DNA of 64,000 nucleotides, from NCBI GenBank assembly GCA_949297805.1, contig CASFTG010000001.1:70716-134715 (forward strand), written 5' to 3'. The notes under the pieces were generated by a model. That model had not been told where the DNA came from. It was given only the letters and a program-made list of their open reading frames with translations, and ran no database searches. Positions 58,145 to 64,000 of this stretch are shown here, piece after piece. A program made the position numbers and the translations under genes. Position 1 is the first letter of the stretch. The number at the start of each line of letters is the position of its first letter. Source of the stretch: an uncultured bacterium (GTDB lineage Bacteria > Bacillota_I > Bacilli_A > RFN20 > CAG-826).

Positions 58145-58176
58145 CGCCATGGGGGATCCAACCTCCATGGCGTTTT
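58145..58176 (+). terminator. Terminator after gltX
   Basis: cgccatggggg/cctccatggcg stem followed by tttt. Confidence 0.7.
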
Positions 58177-58243
58177 GCTTGGCCTAATTCCGGTTTTTCT
58201 TGATATCTCCGACTTCACGTAGTTTAATATGCACCGACCCCAC

Positions 58244-58318
58244 GGCCCCATGGTCAATCGGTTAAGACGGGACCCTCTCAAGGTCCAATGGCTGGTTCGA
58301 CTCCAGCTGGGGTCACCA
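58244..58318 (+). tRNA. tRNA-Glu(CTC)
   Basis: Acceptor ggcccca/tggggtc, anticodon arm ggacc-ctCTCaa-ggtcc, TTCGA, CCA; TTGATA-17-TTTAAT at 58200-58228; terminator at 58331-58354. Confidence 0.93.
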
Positions 58319-58403
58319 AATCACCAATCCGCCTGATTCGTTCAGGCCTTTTTTATGCCTTATGCTTCCTTGTTGGCTTTCCTTTATTTATATTAGTACG
58401 CGT

Positions 58404-60608
58404 ATGAAGATCACTTGCTTGCCTAGCGGGGAGTTCCGGCTGGAAGGACGGAATAAGACTCTCCGGCTTTCTTTCCTTTCCCCGGTCGCCTTCCGCCTCC
58501 ATGATCCCGACAGTTTGCCTTCTGTCGCCGTCCCTAAGCTTAGCATCCTTTCGGAAGGGGCGAAGGCATATGGCAATAGTGTTGAGTACGAATCGCTTCG
58601 GCTCGAGTTCGATGAAGAACTGAACTTCGAAGTTTATTTCCATGGGGCCAAAGCCTTGGTTTCCTCCCCTTATCGAATGGCCCAATTGACCCACGATGAC
58701 GTCGACATCGCCAAAAAGGAAGGCCATGATTCCGGGTCCGCCGATAGCTCGATTGGAGGGCTTTCTTTCCAATTCAATGGTCCGGTATATGGACTTGGCG
58801 ATAAAACCGGTCCCCTTGATAAGCGGGGCTATGCCTATATCAATTGGAATACCGATGACCCCCATCCCCATGTCGAGACGTTTAAGTCGCTTTATAAGTC
58901 GATACCGTTCCTCCTGTTATTCAAACCCGAATTGACCGTCGGCCTCTTCTTTGACAATACCTCCCTTTGCCGTTTCGACATCGGGAAAGAGGATCCGGAT
59001 TACGTGACCTATGGCTATTCGGCCGGGGCCCTGGACCTTTATTGTTTCTTTGGGTCGATGCCGGATGTCATCGCCGATTACACCTCCATCACCGGGCGCA
59101 ACCCCTTGCCGCCCCGTTGGGCCTTAGGGGCTCAGCAAAGCCGGTGGGGCTATGTCTATGAACAAGATGTCTTGGATGTAGTCGAAGGCTATAAGAAAGC
59201 CGATATCCCCTTATCCGCCGTCTACCTTGATATCGATTACATGGACCGTTACATGGATTTCACCGTCGATTCAAAACGGTTCCCCGATATGAAGGCTTTG
59301 ACCGATAAACTCTCGAAGGAAGGGATTCACCTCATCTCCATCATCGATGCCGGGGTGAAGGCCTTAGATGGCTATAAGGTCTATGACGAAGGGATGAAGA
59401 ACGGCTATTTCTCCACCCTTGATGGGGAGGTCTACCATAACGAAGTCTGGCCCGGTGATTCGGTCTTCCCGGCCTTCATTAATCCGAAGGTCCAGGAATG
59501 GTGGTCGGATAAGGTCGCTTCTTTCTTAAAGGAAACCGGAATCGGGGGCATCGAGAACGACATGAATGAGCCGGCTTCTTTCAAAGGTCCTTTGCCCCTC
59601 GAGGTCGAGATGGGCGGGCTTAAACATGAGTTGGCCCATAACATCTATGGCCATTGCATGGATAAGGCGACCTATGAAGGGTTCATCAAGGCTGATAAGC
59701 GTCCGTATGTCATCAGTAGAGCCGCCTATGCCGGGACGCCTCGTTACGCCGGGGCTTGGACCGGGGATAACAATTCAATCTATGACCATCTTCGGTTAAC
59801 CATCCCCCAATTGGCTAACCTTTCCTTAAGCGGCTTTGCCAACATCGGGGTCGATATCGGGGGTTTCGGCGGCGATTGCCCGGACCATCTATTGCAACGG
59901 TTCATCAACGCTTCGATTCTTTCTCCAGTTTTGCGAAACCATTCCTCAATTGGGACAAGGCGGCAGGAACCTTATGCTTATGATGAAAAGACCAAGGAGA
60001 TTTATCGCCGGGCTATCTTGACCCGTTATGAGCTAATCCCGACGATTTACGATAACCTTTTCTTAAACCTTTCCAGCGGATTAGCGGTCCTGCGTCCCTT
60101 GGTCTATAACTTCCCAGAAGCAAAGGAAATATATAACGATAACTCGGCCATCATGCTTGGCGAATCGTTGCTTTTAGCCCCCTCCTTAATGGCGGGCGAG
60201 CAAAGACGGGCGGTTTATTTCCCAGATGACTTCTATTCCTATTTCGACCATCAATTGCATAAGAAAGGCTGGGAGATCATCTCGGCTGATGAATACGCGA
60301 TTAACCTCTTCGTCCGCGACCATTCGATCTTGGCTTTGAACCCAACTATGACCAAGACGACGGATTTTAGTTCGACTTTGCGCTTGCTTTGGACGGGGAA
60401 TGAAGCCGCTTGCTACCATTATGAGGATGCAGGCGATGGGCTAGGTTATACCAAAGGCGAGTATAACCTCTATCTCATCCAAGCCGACAAGGACCATGGC
60501 CTTTCGATCGTTCCGGTCCATCTAGGGATCTCGACCCATTATAAGGAAGTGGTCATCGAGACGGTGGACGGGCGAACGCTCAGCCGGGATTTTGCCTTAA
60601 AAGATTAG
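58404..60608 (+). CDS. Glycoside hydrolase family 31 (alpha-glucosidase-like)
   Basis: YGLGDK, LYKSIPF, PPRWALG, LDIDYMD, NDMNEP (nucleophile), WTGDN (acid/base), DIGGF, RNH, YEDAGDG. Confidence 0.92.
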   Translation: MKITCLPSGEFRLEGRNKTLRLSFLSPVAFRLHDPDSLPSVAVPKLSILSEGAKAYGNSVEYESLRLEFDEELNFEVYFHGAKALVSSPYRMAQLTHDDVDIAKKEGHDSGSADSSIGGLSFQFNGPVYGLGDKTGPLDKRGYAYINWNTDDPHPHVETFKSLYKSIPFLLLFKPELTVGLFFDNTSLCRFDIGKEDPDYVTYGYSAGALDLYCFFGSMPDVIADYTSITGRNPLPPRWALGAQQSRWGYVYEQDVLDVVEGYKKADIPLSAVYLDIDYMDRYMDFTVDSKRFPDMKALTDKLSKEGIHLISIIDAGVKALDGYKVYDEGMKNGYFSTLDGEVYHNEVWPGDSVFPAFINPKVQEWWSDKVASFLKETGIGGIENDMNEPASFKGPLPLEVEMGGLKHELAHNIYGHCMDKATYEGFIKADKRPYVISRAAYAGTPRYAGAWTGDNNSIYDHLRLTIPQLANLSLSGFANIGVDIGGFGGDCPDHLLQRFINASILSPVLRNHSSIGTRRQEPYAYDEKTKEIYRRAILTRYELIPTIYDNLFLNLSSGLAVLRPLVYNFPEAKEIYNDNSAIMLGESLLLAPSLMAGEQRRAVYFPDDFYSYFDHQLHKKGWEIISADEYAINLFVRDHSILALNPTMTKTTDFSSTLRLLWTGNEAACYHYEDAGDGLGYTKGEYNLYLIQADKDHGLSIVPVHLGISTHYKEVVIETVDGRTLSRDFALKD

Positions 60609-60694
60609 ACATCGTCTAGTTACCTTTGTCTATTCCCTTCATCATCAAGGGTTTTGAGCATACAATAGGCAAGTTGTTTATCCGAGGGCTAGTT

Positions 60695-62296
<1,602 letters not shown>

Positions 62297-62317
62297 ACGT
62301 TCGTTTATCATTCGCTT

Positions 62318-63211
62318 ATGCGGAAAAGAGCCTTGCTGATCCTTTCTTCGGCCTCGGGCCATCGGATGGGAGAGAAGAAAATAACCGAGGTTCTGCGCTT
62401 TTTGGCCCCCTCCTTTGATGAATTGGACTGCTATCGGCTAAGTGATTTCGACGCTGATCGCCTCAAATTGGCCTCGTTAGCCGAAAACTACGAGGCTTTT
62501 CTTATCTCCGGGGGCGATGGGACCTTCAACCATATCCTCGATACCTTATGCAAGCTCGATAAGATTCCGGTCCTTGGGTATCTCAATTCCGGGACCATCG
62601 GGGACGTGGGGCGAAACTATGGGATCGGAAAAAACTTGCTCCGTTCCCTCAATATCATCAAGGATGGTTTCGTGACCGCCTCCGACGTCATGCGGCTCAA
62701 TGATTCCCATTTCGCCTATATGGCGGCCATCGGGGCCTATGCCGACATCGCCTATAGCGCCCCTCGCTTCATGAAAGCCATTGCCGGGCGGCTGGCTTAT
62801 TACGACCTAGCTTTAAAAGAAGCTTTCAAAAAGCATTCGGTCCATGTTCGGCTTAGTTTCGATGATGGCTCGGTCTTAGAATACGACACCCCCTTCCTTT
62901 TGCTTTTGAATGGCCGGAAGGTCGGCGGGTTCACGGTCAACCGAAAATCCCGCATCGACGATGGGGTATTTGAGATCTACGTCACCAAAAAAGGCCCCTT
63001 CAATGGGCTTCTCCATTACCTGCCTTTCAACCGGATTCGTCCGATAAAAGCTAAGAAAGTCAAGATTGAAACTGACTATTCGGGACCCTGGTGCTTAGAT
63101 GGCGAACCGGGGCCGATCGGCAACGTCGAGGTCGAGGTTTTGCCCCAAAAAATCACCATCTTCTGCAGCCAACCTTACGCCCAATGCCATTTAGACGAAC
63201 TTTTGCGCTAA
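62318..63211 (+). CDS. Diacylglycerol/lipid kinase family protein (YegS/DgkB-like)
   Basis: SGGDGT, LGYLNSGTIGD, NG..VGG, DDG, LDGE. Confidence 0.85.
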   Translation: MRKRALLILSSASGHRMGEKKITEVLRFLAPSFDELDCYRLSDFDADRLKLASLAENYEAFLISGGDGTFNHILDTLCKLDKIPVLGYLNSGTIGDVGRNYGIGKNLLRSLNIIKDGFVTASDVMRLNDSHFAYMAAIGAYADIAYSAPRFMKAIAGRLAYYDLALKEAFKKHSVHVRLSFDDGSVLEYDTPFLLLLNGRKVGGFTVNRKSRIDDGVFEIYVTKKGPFNGLLHYLPFNRIRPIKAKKVKIETDYSGPWCLDGEPGPIGNVEVEVLPQKITIFCSQPYAQCHLDELLR

Positions 63212-63282
63212 TTTTTCTTTGAATTTGGCTTTTGCTTGTCTACAATTTAGTAAAGCAATCGCAATTTGCGGAGGGAGCCTAT

Positions 63283-64000
63283 ATGAAAGGTAAAATTGCT
63301 ACGTTGTCAATCATTGGCCTTATCCTTCTTGCCGGCGGCATCGCGGTTTACGGTTTCGTAATCCCGAAGATGGCTCCTGGCATCGGGGATTACGTCGCCA
63401 ATGTCGGCAACATCTTCAACTTCGGCATGATTGAGGCCAGCATCAAAGGGCTGATCGATGCCAATCTCGTCTGCGCCGACTATGTCATGTATGGTTTAGC
63501 CGGCTTGGTCGTTTTGCTGTTCTTAATCCAGTTCATCATGCTGATCGCCAAGAAGCATCCGGTGGCCTTATTTGAGACCGTCGGCTGGATCCTCGGTGGG
63601 GCGATGATCGTTTTCTGCGGTCTATTCCTTTTTACCGAAACCGGCTACTGCCAAATCTATGACTCCGGCGCCAAGTTCTCCGATGGGGGCTATGTCGGCG
63701 CCATCATCGCCCAATTCAATGATTTAGGAATCAAAGATGCCCTGTTAGGGTTGGTCCCGGTCCTGCTGATGCTCGTCGGCGCCATCCTCTGCATCGTTGC
63801 CGTCATCATGGATATGGCTTATATGGGAAGCCTGGAGGTCGTCCGTAAACCCAAGCTCATCCCGACCGATGCCAGCGTCTATGCCACCGATAAGCTTTAC
63901 GCCCACGAGGTCGCCGAACCGGCCGCCCCGAAGGAAGTCGCCGCCTATCGCGACGGCGTCTGCCCGGCCGCTCCGACCCCGACCAACATCATCGCCGCCC
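63283..64000 (+). CDS. Hypothetical membrane protein, truncated by the window end
   Basis: GGAGGGAG RBS, then MKGKIATLSIIGLILL... with about 4 TM segments and a Pro/Ala-rich region; no stop before 64000. Confidence 0.75.
   Translation, partial: MKGKIATLSIIGLILLAGGIAVYGFVIPKMAPGIGDYVANVGNIFNFGMIEASIKGLIDANLVCADYVMYGLAGLVVLLFLIQFIMLIAKKHPVALFETVGWILGGAMIVFCGLFLFTETGYCQIYDSGAKFSDGGYVGAIIAQFNDLGIKDALLGLVPVLLMLVGAILCIVAVIMDMAYMGSLEVVRKPKLIPTDASVYATDKLYAHEVAEPAAPKEVAAYRDGVCPAAPTPTNIIAA

Noticed and set aside
46318-58354. Prophage or genomic island integrated at the tRNAs
   Set aside because: No integrase, no duplicated tRNA 3' ends seen, and the flanking genes are mostly housekeeping
60609-60694. 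CTP-sensing pyrG attenuator
   Set aside because: No GGGC initiation tract with a terminator hairpin between the TACAAT box and the ATG
2640-60694. Longer upstream starts in the ORF track (2640, 4573, 14837, 16300, 24919, 42219, 42588, 43463, 47602, 52144, 58362, 60626)
   Set aside because: The extensions overlap promoters, neighbouring genes or RBSs; downstream starts fit RBS/-10 spacing and expected N-termini better

Overview
Chromosomal (non-phage) window from a bacterium using the standard genetic code. Gene content and protein style suggest an uncultured, Mollicutes-like gut member of Bacilli (e.g. order RFN20); this is inference. The most striking block is 6.7-34.9 kb. It holds eight acidic surface lipoproteins: three apparent paralogue pairs with Ig-like/FxMP or xDFGTT repeat domains, one short Ig-like protein and an M6-family metalloprotease. 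These sit head-to-head with DUF3899-oppABCDF, whose OppC, OppD and OppF carry large insertions; together this is a candidate surface protein-foraging locus. Other notable elements: a translationally coupled orphan operon (two small coiled-coil proteins, a large membrane-anchored helical protein and a tandem DEDDh exonuclease), a yybP-ykoY Mn2+ riboswitch before a P-type ATPase, an apparently catalytically dead adenosine-deaminase homologue coupled to a purine permease, pgpA-cdaA-glmM-glmS without cdaR or glmS ribozyme, five dispersed tRNAs, many apparently leaderless genes and a 21-bp inverted-repeat element (possible IS21-like MITE remnant). No CRISPR array, rRNA, integrase or transposase was seen. 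All calls come from reading motifs by eye; no database searches were run.
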